Below the pieces are notes generated by a model. The model saw nothing but the letters and a program-made list of their open reading frames with translations. It searched no databases and was not told the origin of the DNA. DNA of 64,000 bases from Podarcis pityusensis. Its lineage: Eukaryota. The stretch lies in NCBI GenBank assembly GCA_964106645.2, contig OZ067041.1. The stretch is one strand, 5' to 3'. Positions within the stretch are counted from its first letter, which is position 1, and each line of letters begins with the position of its first letter. Positions 50,698 through 62,656 of this stretch are shown in pieces. Position numbers and translations under genes: made by a program.

Positions 50698-51589
50698 TTT
50701 GTTAGTTCTATCTTTAACAATGCTTTCCACCAGTTTTCCTGCAAGAGACATTAAGCTAATCTGTCTTCCTGCAAGAGATGTTAAGATAATCTCCCCTGGA
50801 TCCCTTTTTAAAATTTGGTATTATGTTGGCCATTTTCCAGTCCACAGGTACAGAGATTGATCTTAGAGACAAGTTTTGTGTTTTGTTAGACGATAAACAG
50901 TTTCACATTTGAGTTCTTTAATATCACATGTGCAGGCTTGGTATGATTGGAACTGTTACCATGTTCAAACAAATGTCTTGTTGGAAACAGTCAAATTTAT
51001 TTCAATTTACTACCAAAATATTTACCTTCTCCATCTTCTCCATTATGCTTCTCTAATCATGATTTTAATTTTTCTATTGACTAAATCTACTATGGTATGC
51101 AGGTGTTCTTTGGAAAAAAGAGAATATAAAGGAGTTGAAAGAAGAGTTTTCATTACCATTTTCTGAACCTTTTAAATGCTTTGACCTTTGTACATAAAGC
51201 TATCACTGTGGTCAACTCAAAGCCTAGTATTGATTTACTGATCTCCAAACCTGTCATTTCTAATCACAGACCCTTTAACCTTTTAACTGTTGCAAAAAAA
51301 AAAATTGTTAGATATCAGGGTCACAGTATCTAATGAGACTTTGGTACATAAAAGGCCAGAAGATTAATTTTGTGTACACACCAGTCAGTTAAACAAGTTA
51401 GACAAAAGGTGAAAATGAAACACACATAACGAAAGGTCACTTAAGATATCGACCAATTCCTTGTGGAGACTTTTTAGTAAATTTTTTTTAAAAAATGACA
51501 ATATGTTTGCACTGATTATGGAGAAAGTAGAATATTGGGTGGGTCAGTTGTGAATAAGAAAGAAAAGGAGCTTTTATTGCTATGTATTT

Positions 51590-51620
51590 ATGCGTATGTG
51601 TGTGTGTGTATATATATATA

Positions 51621-51666
<46 letters not shown>

Positions 51667-51725
51667 GCTCAGCAGTATTAGCTCAGCAGATATGGATGGA
51701 ATCATTACAGGATATGTATATATTT

Positions 51726-51782
<57 letters not shown>

Positions 51783-51848
51783 AACACCCACCCACCCACA
51801 CAGACACACCCTGTATATGATTCCATCCATATCCGCTGAGCTAATACT
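51590..51848. repeat. Compound microsatellite cluster (TG/TA/CA/CT) with a ~38-bp inverted repeat
   Basis: Arms 51674-51711 and 51810-51848 (1 mismatch, 1 indel). Confidence 0.93.
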
Positions 51849-53628
51849 TGATCCAAGAGGCAGAATTTTAGGAAGCTTGGCTCATAATACCTAACCTGGT
51901 GTGTCATATTCTTCTCTTTAGAGAAGACTAGTTAATCTGTGCTATTTTATGCTGGGACGTATGTATGGTACAAGTATATTCTATAAAAAATATTCTTTAA
52001 AAGCTATTTTTATCTGTAAAGAAGCATCTTCTTAGATCTACATAAAATTACACAGAAATGTATGTTTGTTTTACAATAATATCATTTGAAACAATTATTC
52101 AGGGGAAAATAGCATCCAAGGTAAATTTATGGTTCCCAGGTAGAGTATCTACTTTCTGTGTTTGGTTAAGGACTTAGCTGTTTTAATATACCAAGATCCG
52201 AGTTGTGGTTGCCCCAGGGAAAACATATGCCCATGGCAGAGGTCTTAATAACAGCAGTAGACTTGCCATCTGCCACCTTGGAGGACAAATAATCATGGAT
52301 TAAAGGTTTAATGCATGAGACGGTTTTTTAAAAATTAATTTCTATCTTGGATTTTGCCCACTGGAGAAAGTGCCATTAAACTCTGTTGAAGGATAATTGG
52401 CTGTGTTTGTCTATACACAAACCAGGAATCCAGTATCTTTTTTATGATATTTACCTTTTAACAGAATTTACTGGTAGAAAAAGCAGAACAGAATTAGGAT
52501 GAGGGATGCATTTTTGCTGGGTGTGTGTGCGTGTGTGTGTGTGTGTGCCATTTACTGGGTTTTCAGGAACTGTGCTGTTGCTTGGTATTATGGGCCTGGC
52601 CCCTGTTAACATGTATGAGAGCTGGGTTCTGTATCTCCTTTTTCTTCAGACTAAAAATGTCAAATATAAAATGGCACTTCTGTTTAGATACATCAGCGTA
52701 CATAATTTATGAAAAGAGAAACACCTGGGAATTTTAGTGTTGTAGAGACTCCCTTGCTATTTGATGTGCTGGTCAAGTTTACTTTCCTTATATTCTGTCT
52801 GTACCTAAAAAAAACACACCATACACTTGTTGGTTACAGGGTTTAATTTCCTTCTAGGCATGATAGCATTCACAGAGTGCTTTGAATCTGATCTTTGGAA
52901 AAACTATTGAGCTTATGAGTACTATAGTATCATTAAGGAAAAGGAAATTTCTACAAATGATTTAAAATACAGAATAGCAAATTTTATAAGTATTTTGAGG
53001 AAAATAGAAGATAGCAACTAGAAAATGTAAGCATATACCCAATAAACAGAAACCAATCTGTTACTTAAAGAATTGTAGGTAGTAGATTACTATGTATTCT
53101 GGAATTATGGCTTGCCTTTAGGGATGACTGAAATGGCTCCCTCCTTTCACTGCACCACTTCCAGGCAGTGAAATAAGGAGGACATTTCAAAGAATTGTTG
53201 GCATCTTGGGGAGAATTTCAGAAGTGGGAATTAAACTTATCCCTGGTGGCAGTGACATTCCTTTGATGGCTGCCACATTGCACTGGATATACCATAATTC
53301 TAGCACATTCTGGGAAAGCAATGATGGCCACTGTGGTGGACTATATTTCCCCCTGTAATGTTGGTACACTTCCTGGACAAAATGGAATGTGAGATATTCC
53401 ATAGAGAGAATTTCTGGTGCTGACCGTACCAAATTTCAAGCCGAAAAATTTACTTGGTGCTATTTCACATCTTGAACTTTAGGATCCAGATGGACCTATT
53501 ATTCAGAGGAACTAGGCCTATTCCTTCCTTCGGTAGTGAAGGAAGAAGTCGGTGACTGGAGGCTGCAGAGCATCTAAATTCACTAAATGGCCTTTTCTTT
53601 GTCCTACAGAGTGTTAATATGGCTTCCA

Positions 53629-53673
53629 TGTTTTGTTTTGTTTTGTTTTGTTTTGTTTTGTTTTGTTTTGTTT
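53629..53673. repeat. (TGTTT)9 microsatellite
   Basis: Direct reading. Confidence 0.95.
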
Positions 53674-53851
53674 GGCAAAGTAATAGAGATTTATTGGGAA
53701 CATGATAGTGTATGGCCACTACTATTGCTGCTATTATTAAATATTCTACCATGTCAAAAGTGCTGCAGAGAGGTTTCATAAAATATAATTAAAACCAAAG
53801 CCAAACAATAATATTAAAGCAGGACAAATTCCATACAAATAAAACAGCAGC

Positions 53852-53852
<1 letters not shown>

Positions 53853-53888
<36 letters not shown>
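53853..53888. repeat. (AC)18 microsatellite
   Basis: Direct reading. Confidence 0.97.
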
Positions 53889-53890
<2 letters not shown>

Positions 53891-54094
53891 AACTCGTGTG
53901 TCACCCTTCCCCCAAAAGTGAACCTGGTGATAAAATGGCAGCACTGCTATAGTGAAGTTCACTTCAGAGGCAAATAGACACTATAAAGAAAGCGCAGCCC
54001 ATGGTCCCCAACCCCTGCAGATTTAATTGGGTGTGGGGACAGTGAACACAGCTTCTCCCACAGATCTTTAAACAAGACTGGGACAATGCTACTT

Positions 54095-54128
54095 CTGGTC
54101 CCTTCCAACTCTACAGTTCTATGATTCT
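54095..54128 (+). mobile_element. Tiny CR1-type 3' tail
   Basis: GGTCCCTTCCAACTCTACAGTTCTATGATTCT. Confidence 0.75.
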
Positions 54129-55808
54129 GTTGTAGATATATCACATTTGCTCAGCAATTGGTGCTCTTTATATAAATACTCTGCCCTGCCTTAAACGATG
54201 CTTTCATTGTAATGTAGGATTTGGGTACGTGATTTGCAAAAAGTACAAAAAAAGTGCATCCCGCACCCCAAAAAAGCCTTGGAAAGGAAACATCCGGGGG
54301 GAATGTCCTAAAACAACCCATAATTGACAGTCAATCATAATGCTAACTTACAAGGGTGGGAGCAAATGGAAAATTGTGAGTGAGGAGGGAGAATGTAATG
54401 GAGTATCCTGAGTCTTGAACTGAAATACGTTTTGTTGCAGACCGCCATGTAGGCATAAGTAGTTACATAACATTGAACAAAAGGAATTTTTAATCCATAA
54501 CCAAACACAGTATGTTAAAATAAAATGGTTAAACAACTGAGACAGCAGTCCTATATTCACTTTTCATTGTACTCAGTGGGACTTGCTTCTGAGTAGATCT
54601 CTTGACGATTATGCTGTGAAGCAAGTTTGATTTAATAAATTAGATTGAGGCTTTGTGAGGTATGTTATTTCATTTTGTTGGCTTGAATAGTATCTTAAGG
54701 ACTATAGCAACACATATAATGTGATTAGGCTACAGATCTACTGGATAAACTCTTAAGATAAAAGTATTTGGCTGGAAGTGTGGTTTCATCCTTAGACATT
54801 TATTACTAGGAGATGAAGTGCAACTGAAATTGGATCTATAGCAAATTACACTCTTTTAAAGGTCTTGTTTCTAATTGATGCCTAAGATGTTTTGCTAATA
54901 TGTCAAAGCATGTTCTACAGAATAAGACAACATAGCTTGACAATAAACTGATTTGATTTGCAGGTTTTAATTATAAAGAATGCAAAATTTTACTAGGCTA
55001 ACAATTATTATGACATGTCTTCGTATAATTGTACTGAAAGGTACGAGGACCCCTCTTATCTCATTTTAATTTCCTTTGTTCTGTGAATCTTCAAATGTTT
55101 TACAGCATGTGAATCACATCAAACCATTACCATTAAATACAAGATGTGGTTACAGCTTTATAGATTGCATTAGAAGGTCAGAAAAGTCTTGTGGTTGCAC
55201 AACAGTAGCTCTCAAGTGGAATATTCTCAATGAATCACACAGCCTCTGATTTCTGGATCTTCCAGCAGCAGAAGCAGTTGGGAGGGAGCTCTGCTGTCAC
55301 TGGCAGAAGCCAATGTTTTTACACACAGCTGTGATAATATTCACTTTTACCTAATCTCAAGAGTTCCATCTGCTAAAGAACAGTCTCAATATTAGGGGGA
55401 AAGAATTGTCACAAGGAACATTGTGTAGATGAGTGAGTCTTGGAATTAACCATGTCTTGGAAGGAGTGTACTGTGGAAAGCACTTCCTCTGTTCCTCTCA
55501 CTGTATGTCTCTGAAACCCTCTCAACAGGCCCCCTAAGAAACCTGTTGATTTCAATATGTTTTCTCTGGCTGTCATGACTTTTTTCCATTTAACTATGTA
55601 TTTGATTAATTTATTTTTATTGTTTTGTTTTAATAGATTTGCATTACTTTTTATACATGGCCTTTTTAGGTAGAAGAGTGCTGACCTTTGATTGATGGAT
55701 TCTTACAGATTTGATATGTTCTATTTTTTATGTTATATAGGCACTGATGAGATCAAACCACATTCAGCTTAAAGTGCAATGCATTATGCTGAAATTCATT
55801 GTATAGGA

Positions 55809-56115
55809 CATGGGTAGGCAAACTAAGGCACGGGGGCAGGTTCTGGCCCAATCGCCTTCTAAATCCAGCCCATGGAAGGTCCAGAAATCAGCGTGTTTTT
55901 ACATGAGTAGAATGTGCCCTTTCATTAAAAAAATTTGTGGGGCCTGCCTGGTGTTTTAATATGAGTAGAATGTGTGCTTTTATTTAAAATGCATCTCTGG
56001 GTTATTTGTGGGGCATAAGAATTCGTTCAAACCCCCCCCCCCAAAATAGTCCGGCCCCCCAAAAGGTCTGAGGGACAGTGAACCTGCCCCCTACTGAAAA
56101 CGTTTGCTGACCCCA
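55809..56115. mobile_element. hAT MITE
   Basis: Perfect 8-bp TSD GTATAGGA (55801-08, 56116-23); ends CATGGGTAGGCAAAC / GTTTGCTGACCCCA; GGCCC subterminal motifs; internal duplication of GTGTTTT.A.ATGAGTAGAATGTG. Confidence 0.9.
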
Positions 56116-57723
56116 GTATAGGATTTACCCTATTAGGGTTTTACTGCTGGACAATTTGCATATATGTTTATTTTTTTGTAATAAATAATTTAGTATCGGT
56201 TTATACATCTTTTTCGTTAATAACATTTTTTGCTGTTTTCATATTATGAAGCACTTGGCCTTGGAAAAGTATCAATATATGGACATCCTTCCCCATACAG
56301 GTTCTCGCCAGACGTTTTGATTACAATTCCCATAATCTCTGACCATTGGAAGGCTGAGAAAGTCTGATATTGATAAATAATGTTTTGCCTTGGTATAGGA
56401 GAAAATAGATTAGCAGAATATAGTGTTACCTTTTCCTGTCCAGTGATTCCTTCCTACAGATGTATCTATAACCAATTTATCCACCAAGTGGGACTCAGAC
56501 ATAAAATAAGCCCAGTTCGGGTGGAAATGGAAGCTGTGTGTGCACGACAGGTGCTTTTTATGAAGAGAATTAGCAGGCACTTTTCTGCCAACCAATTGTT
56601 CCTCACAAAATTTCATTCTTAAAGTTACTTTTGCAAAGTTAGAGGTGAAAACTCAGCTGGCCGAAGTAATATTCAGTTTTCCCCTATGTTCCCCCCTGAA
56701 AATATTGAAGACCTGTAAGTGATGCAGCCTATTTTTCTCCAACTTAGTCTGCAACTTATGCAATACTTTCTTACATTATTTGCCCCTTCTTACTTGTACT
56801 ATGGAGGGAGAAAATGCACCAAGTATGTGAGTCTATAATTTGAATTTCACTGAGGAAGCCTGCTTCCGGGCGCCTTGCCAGTTTTGTGTATTGGATTATT
56901 TCAGCTTTACCAAACCTTTTCTATTTGGCTCCTTTTCTCAGTTTCCTCCCTAGTATATGAAAGACACAAGGATGGAAAAGCAAGGCCTGAATGGTTTTTT
57001 ATCTCCATGTTTTAAATAGTCAGCTCCACAGAGTAAACAATAAATTGTTCTGTTTGGCAAAGAGAAGATGGTCTCTATAAGCAGAATAAAATGACTGTTA
57101 GCCACACCCAAAGCAGTAAGGCTACCGGGCTGGGAAAGTAATTGACTTGTAATACTACATAATTCATTCAACACTTAGAAACTTTGAACACCTCAATTCC
57201 TTCATAGCTAATTGTCCTTAAGGGGAATGTGGCTTGTTCACTGAATGCTTACTTTAAGCAATGCAAACAAAACAGAAACTACGTGTTTTATGTTGATTAT
57301 ATTACAGTTCCTTTTAAAAAACTGAAACATAAGAAATCTAATACATAAAATATCTGCCTATTTTTACTTTTAAAGAATTAGTATTTACTTTCCATTCTAA
57401 AGCTGTTCATAGTCAGGTTTCTACATAAAGTAAGCAAATAGAATGGGTTGTTTCCAAAAGATTTAATTTGACTGTCTTACCACATTGTAATGTGTAGAAT
57501 TAATGCAGCACTTAGAAGCTGAATCATCCATTTCACAAGACTTAATGCATACAGATTTAATTTCTTAAGCTCCAGTAATTAATGTGCTAAATGCATTGTC
57601 TCTCATACACAGGGTATATATTATTTTCTGATTGTTAAATGTTTCCTAAATGAAAGTAGAAAGTGAACAGAATGCATATGAATCATAGCATTTTCGTAGC
57701 CTTTCATTGTATTTTATCAAATA

Positions 57724-57965
57724 CAGTGGTACCTCGGGTTACATACGCTTCAGGTTACATACGCTTCAGGTTACACACTCCGCTAACCCAGAAATAATGC
57801 TTCAGGTTAAGAACTTTGCTTCCGGATCAGAACAGAAATTGTGCTCCGCTGGCGCAGCGGCAGCAGGAGGCCCCATTAGCTAAAGTGGTGCTTCAGGTTA
57901 AGAACAGTTTCAAGTTAAGTACGGACCTCCAGAATGAATTAAGTACTTAACCCGAGGTACCACTG
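57724..57965. mobile_element. Tigger-like MITE family B, copy 2
   Basis: TA|CAGTGGTACCTCGGGTTA ... TAACCCGAGGTACCACTG|TA (18-bp perfect TIR). Confidence 0.95.
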
Positions 57966-58521
57966 TAGAATTGTCTCTATGTGTGCACGCATGCATAGGG
58001 ACACAAAATAGATGGGATTAGAGTAAGTACCATTGGATCCATCTGAAACACATTGTCCTGTTTTTATTTTGTTGGAAATAAGAAAAGTGGAAAAAAGTCC
58101 TATAAATTAGCATGACATTTCTTTGGAAACAGTGGTTTGGAGTTTAAATACTGCATGATTTAAGTTTAAGTTTAAATAGTGCCAGAGCAATCAATTAAGC
58201 TGTAATACTGAGAACTACGTTTTTCTATACAGTATTGGAAATAAGCCTTGCGCTAATGACTTGTGATGGGGCAACCTCTTTGCTCAGTGGGTCTGCCTGT
58301 ATTCTGCCATAAGACAGTTGGTCTAGTACAGCTAGTCTAGAAACTAGCACTTTTTACAAAAACGTAGAAGAGTATAGTGTTGTAAATATGTAGCAAAGTA
58401 CCTTCATAGGATAACCAGGTGGGAGTAATAGGTGGGAGTAACAGAGGGAAGGACACAGCTTTTCCAGAAAAGGAGAGTTTTTTTGATACAGTTAAATTAC
58501 GAGAAAAGAAGAAAAGAGATA

Positions 58522-58763
58522 CAGTGGTACCTTGGGTTACATATGCTTCAGGTTACATACGCTTCAGGTTACAGACTCCGCTAACCCAGAAATAGTGCTT
58601 CAGGTTAAGAACTTTGCTTCAGGATGAGAACAGAAATCGTACTCCGGCGGCGCAGCAGCAGCGGGAGGCCCCATTAACTAAAGTGGTGCTTCAGGTTAAG
58701 AACAGTTTCAGGTTAAGAGCAGACCTCCAGAACGAATTAAGTACTTAACCCGAGGTACCAGTG
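58522..58763. mobile_element. Tigger-like MITE family B, copy 3
   Basis: TA|CAGTGGTACCTTGGGTTA ... TAACCCGAGGTACCAGTG|TA; same orientation as copy 2. Confidence 0.94.
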
Positions 58764-58802
58764 TATAAAGAGAGGGGAATGATAGGACACTGAATCAAAA
58801 TC

Positions 58803-59003
58803 CAGTGCTAGATTAACCCCTGTGGAGGCCCCTCAGCATTCAAAACCCTCACCCTGCTTGTGGGATAACATTGAACTAAGAAAGCTTGTAATTTTCTTTC
58901 AAGATCAATTCAATATTATTTTGATCCATTGTTGCAGAGCCCCTAAAAAGCATGGAGCCTATGGGCCGGTGCCCTATTCGGCCTATTTGGTAATCTGGCA
59001 CTG
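58803..59003. mobile_element. hAT-type MITE
   Basis: TIR CAGTGCTAGATTA / TAATCTGGCACTG (12/13); GGCCCC motifs; TSD only partly retained (TCAA..). Confidence 0.7.
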
Positions 59004-59393
59004 TCAACTGTGCCTGTATAGTGATACTTTATGGGTAGGATACTTGAGGAAAATAAAGAAGAAATCAAGAGAAAATGGAATATTGGTGGTACACCTATGC
59101 AATCTGTCCAAAAAGATGTCAAGAGTAACTGGAAGATAAACCATTGCTTGATCACAACATATTTTACCAGGCAAAGCCTGCCGGATGATAGGGTACATAG
59201 AAAGGAGTTCCAAGTGTGAATCAGGCTGAGTATATGCCAGCAAAGGCGTTCTTCTGAATTTCCAATTGAGTTCAGGCCTCCAAAATAGTCTCAGAAAGAC
59301 AAATGCTAGGGTGGCACAAAAGGGAAAGATGATTGTATTTTTTTTTAATACAGGGACAATTGACTCTAGAGTAGCTTTGTTTTGATTTTAATT

Positions 59394-59462
59394 GGTAGTA
59401 GTAGTAATAATAATAAATTTTATATCCTGCCCATCTGACTGGGTTACCCCAACCACTCTGGG
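59394..59462 (-). mobile_element. LINE 3' tail, same family as 17534
   Basis: Reverse complement CCAGAGTGGTTGGGGTAACCCAGTCAGATGGGCAGGATATAAAATTT(ATT)n(ACT)n. Confidence 0.7.
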
Positions 59463-60122
59463 GCCATTATTCATGGCTCTTGATACTCTATAAGAGCTAC
59501 AGTGATGCTTTATTGTATTTGGTAGCAAAAAGATATTTGGCTTGACATTTTGAAGTGGCCCTAGCTTGAATACAGAGGGTTGGAACACTCTCTTTAATAT
59601 TAGGAACGAGCTGCTAATGTTCAGATTTGTTAGCCTTTGCTAGCTAACATTTCCAGACAAAACTGAGATGTAAGCAACAAGATGATGGGGTGGGATATGG
59701 GGCAAGTTGCTGATCTCTGATAATTTATCTTACAAAATGTAAAATAAAATATTTATGTCGTTCATAACTTTTGCATGATCGTTTGACACATGGACACCAC
59801 TTAAATATTGACTATATATGTATGTTTATGTGCGTAATGGCTTCCTGTATGTGAGCAGATGGTTTTATGCCAATGCCAACTACAAGACTAGAAAATTGGC
59901 ATGTTACAGAGTATTTGGGATAGAGTACAAAGAACTCTTCTATTTGGCAGTGGTGACTACATATTACCACATAGCCAAAGACATATAATAACATGCAGAG
60001 GATTTTAAAGCAGCTACATTTATATTCAAACACTAACAGAATTTCCATTTATCCAACCTTCTACACACTGAGAATGGACTGATGTAAAAAAACTTAACCT
60101 ACCTACATACCTTGGAAGCCAG

Positions 60123-60483
60123 TGTCATGGGCTAGGAGTCAACTTCACCTGCAAAACAGCAGCCTGAAAGGGGAGAAAGCAGAATAACTCCACCTGCCAC
60201 CTGCAGCTAATCAGCCTTCAAGGACAGGAGAAGGCACTGATGAGAACCAGCTGGCTTCAGACTTCTTAAACAGAGCTTTCAGCAGCAGTTAGATGCTGGA
60301 AATAACGCTTGTGGTTCCTGGGTCTATCTTGCTGCTTCCTGCTCTCCATCGGGACTCTTGGCTCTATGATCATCTGGATTCCATAACCTCTGGATTGTCT
60401 GACTTCATATGTGGATTCTGCTCTCAGGCAAGTGTTCTTTAGAGACTCCCAGCCCCTGCTTGCTGGGCAACAGGACTCAGACA
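60123..60483 (+). mobile_element. Putative solo LTR
   Basis: TGTCA ... CAGACA ends; CTAATCAG and CTTAAA promoter-like motifs followed by a CT-rich R/U5-like half; no TSD. Confidence 0.5.
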
Positions 60484-61091
60484 GGGCTACAACAGCCTTA
60501 AAGGTACGGAAGTCTTTTGAGAGATGGAAACATCCTCTTAGGAAATGGGCTGAGAAAAAGCTTGAAAATTGAACAGCACCTACAAATATATTATAAAGCA
60601 ACCAATGCCCACTCCATCCTACTGCCCAACATACTATTTTGTCAATATACCAATCCTCAGAAGTACTGGATTTCTGGAGGGGCACAGAAAGCCCATCTGT
60701 GAATGGAATTCAGTTAAGTGAGTGGAATAATACTAGGATCCAAGCCTATGGGTATGCCGCTTCAATATGTTTGAACAAAGGACAGAATACTAGTGTAATA
60801 AAACAAAATACAGAAGTTTAGAAAGCAGAGATAAGTACATATTTGTTTGCCAGACCTGTTTTTTCACTTTTCTGTTCTTGTTTAGTTTCACTGATACTGA
60901 TTCTAACATTAGCTTAGAAGTGAAATTTGAGGGGAGTCCTTTATTATTCCATGCTAAAATTTTGTGTGTGAAATCTTATTGCCAATCTAGTCCACACAAC
61001 TGGTTTAAAGTATTCAACAAAGCCTTCTGTCGGTGAAACACTAATATTCTGAATTATACCTTGGTATAGGTTACTTTTTACTTGTTGTATT

Positions 61092-61189
61092 GGGTTGAAT
61101 CTAACTATTGAAATTAATGTGCCTAAGATACTCATGTTGATTTATATCAATGGGTCTACTCTAAGTATGACTACCATTGCATACAACCC
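61092..61189. mobile_element. Small MITE remnant
   Basis: GGGTTGAATCTAA / TTGCATACAACCC imperfect TIR. Confidence 0.5.
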
Positions 61190-61657
61190 ATGGTTTCTAA
61201 AAGTAATCAGTCAGAAAGAGAGAAATTGCCCCAATGAATAATAAATAGGAAGAATCAGAAGCTGCCAGGTCTGGTTTTATTATAGTGTAAATTGAATAAT
61301 AAAGATTATGTATTCTATGCTGATACTATATGAAGTCTAAAATGGGTAGAAGTGCCAGTTCATAAGAATGGAATGTTATATGTATTTGGATATGCATTGT
61401 TGGTGATCAGAACTGACCACTGATATTTCAGTAGCAAGCAATACTTCTACATGTTGGACAAGCATAAAGGATAGTTTATTAGCTTTCCCTTCCTGTTTAT
61501 CGCTGTCAAATCTAGTAAATTGACCAAACAAAATGAAAGGACAAGTTCTCTTAATTTCTGGTATAAAATGTACCAGGCTTGATAGTAGTATTAGGTCAAA
61601 ATTAATAGTTCCTTATTTTTGTTTAAAAATAGCAGGCCTAGTAAAGTTACCATTAGA

Positions 61658-61659
<2 letters not shown>

Positions 61660-61696
<37 letters not shown>
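61660..61696. repeat. (CT)18 microsatellite
   Basis: Direct reading. Confidence 0.97.
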
Positions 61697-61699
<3 letters not shown>

Positions 61700-62520
61700 A
61701 GAATATAAGATTTAAGTAATAAATTACAAACAGTTCCAGATGCTAAAAATATGTAACAAACTTCTGTGATTAATAAGTAATAGGCAATACGTCATGAGCT
61801 CAGAAATTGTGCTTTTCCTTATTTTACATAAATATCTTACTGAGTAGATTTGTGTATTTGCCATGTGATTACAATCTTTAAAAATGTTCTGAAGGTGGAG
61901 TTCCTATCAAGCATGCATTATTTTTATGATCTGTTTACAATCATGGTTTCTAGTAGCTTTATTTAAGTGCATATTGTATTTCCTCCGTCAAGAATATCAT
62001 TGCTTGGGAGTAAACATTTGTATTACTGCAGCCTTCAGAGGTATAGGCCATTGTCTTGAGCCAAGAGCATACATTTGTAAAGACTGTTAGTAATCTTCTT
62101 TTTGTATACATCTATTTGTATGTTCAGGAGATTCTTATGTGTTTAGATATAGTTTTCATACGTAAAGAATAGGTAGTGGCATCCTAGGGTACAAAGAGTC
62201 ATGTCTTGCTCCCTTGCTCCCTGTTGAGGATCCCTTCTGTGGAAAATTCTATAGAATCTTTTTCTTCCACAAGATTATTCATTTTTGTGCTTATTGCATT
62301 AAATCTTTTAGCAAATGATCTTGTGTATTTGGATCCCATGAATGAAATGTGGAGGGGAAAATATTTACATATGGTTGTATCTGTTGATTGGAAGGCTTGT
62401 TCATCTTTCCTCCCCTTCTAAAAAGCCTCACCAAAGAGTTGAGGGAAAAGGGGGTTCTGAACAGTGTGGACTGTGTTGCAGGTTACTACTGTGTTTGCTA
62501 GAAATAAACTGAAATAAGAA

Positions 62521-62656
62521 CAGGCTTCCTCAACCTCGGCCCTGCAGATGTTTTGAGACTACAATTCCCATGATCCCTGACCACTGGTCCTGCTAGCTAG
62601 GGATAATGGGAGTTGTAGGCCAAAAACATTTGGAGGGCCGAGGTTGAGGAAGCCTG
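62521..62656. mobile_element. 136-bp palindromic hAT MITE
   Basis: TIR CAGGCTTCCTCAACCTCGGCCCT / AGGGCCGAGGTTGAGGAAGCCTG (23 bp perfect); TSD AATAAGAA/AATTAGAA (7/8). Confidence 0.93.

Larger units (their letters stand above)
49880..50930 (-). pseudogene. Decayed CR1 LINE ORF2 (RT) fragments, interrupted by a MITE and a SINE
   Basis: Minus-strand motifs VPVDWKMANIIPNFKKGSRG, GKLVESIVKD, KHIDKG..DIVYFYFLKVFD (cf. DIVYLDFQKAFD), MQFNVSMC, ERDFGVMVD, AAVKKV..MLGTIRK; ~30-bp tandem duplication at 50736-50792. Confidence 0.88.

Noticed and set aside
58822-59243. Overlapping ORF cluster
   Set aside because: Partly within a MITE; no recognisable domain or convincing splice sites
60237-60265. Second hammerhead (CTGATGA followed by a weak stem)
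   Set aside because: No GAAA box, imperfect stem II and no stem I
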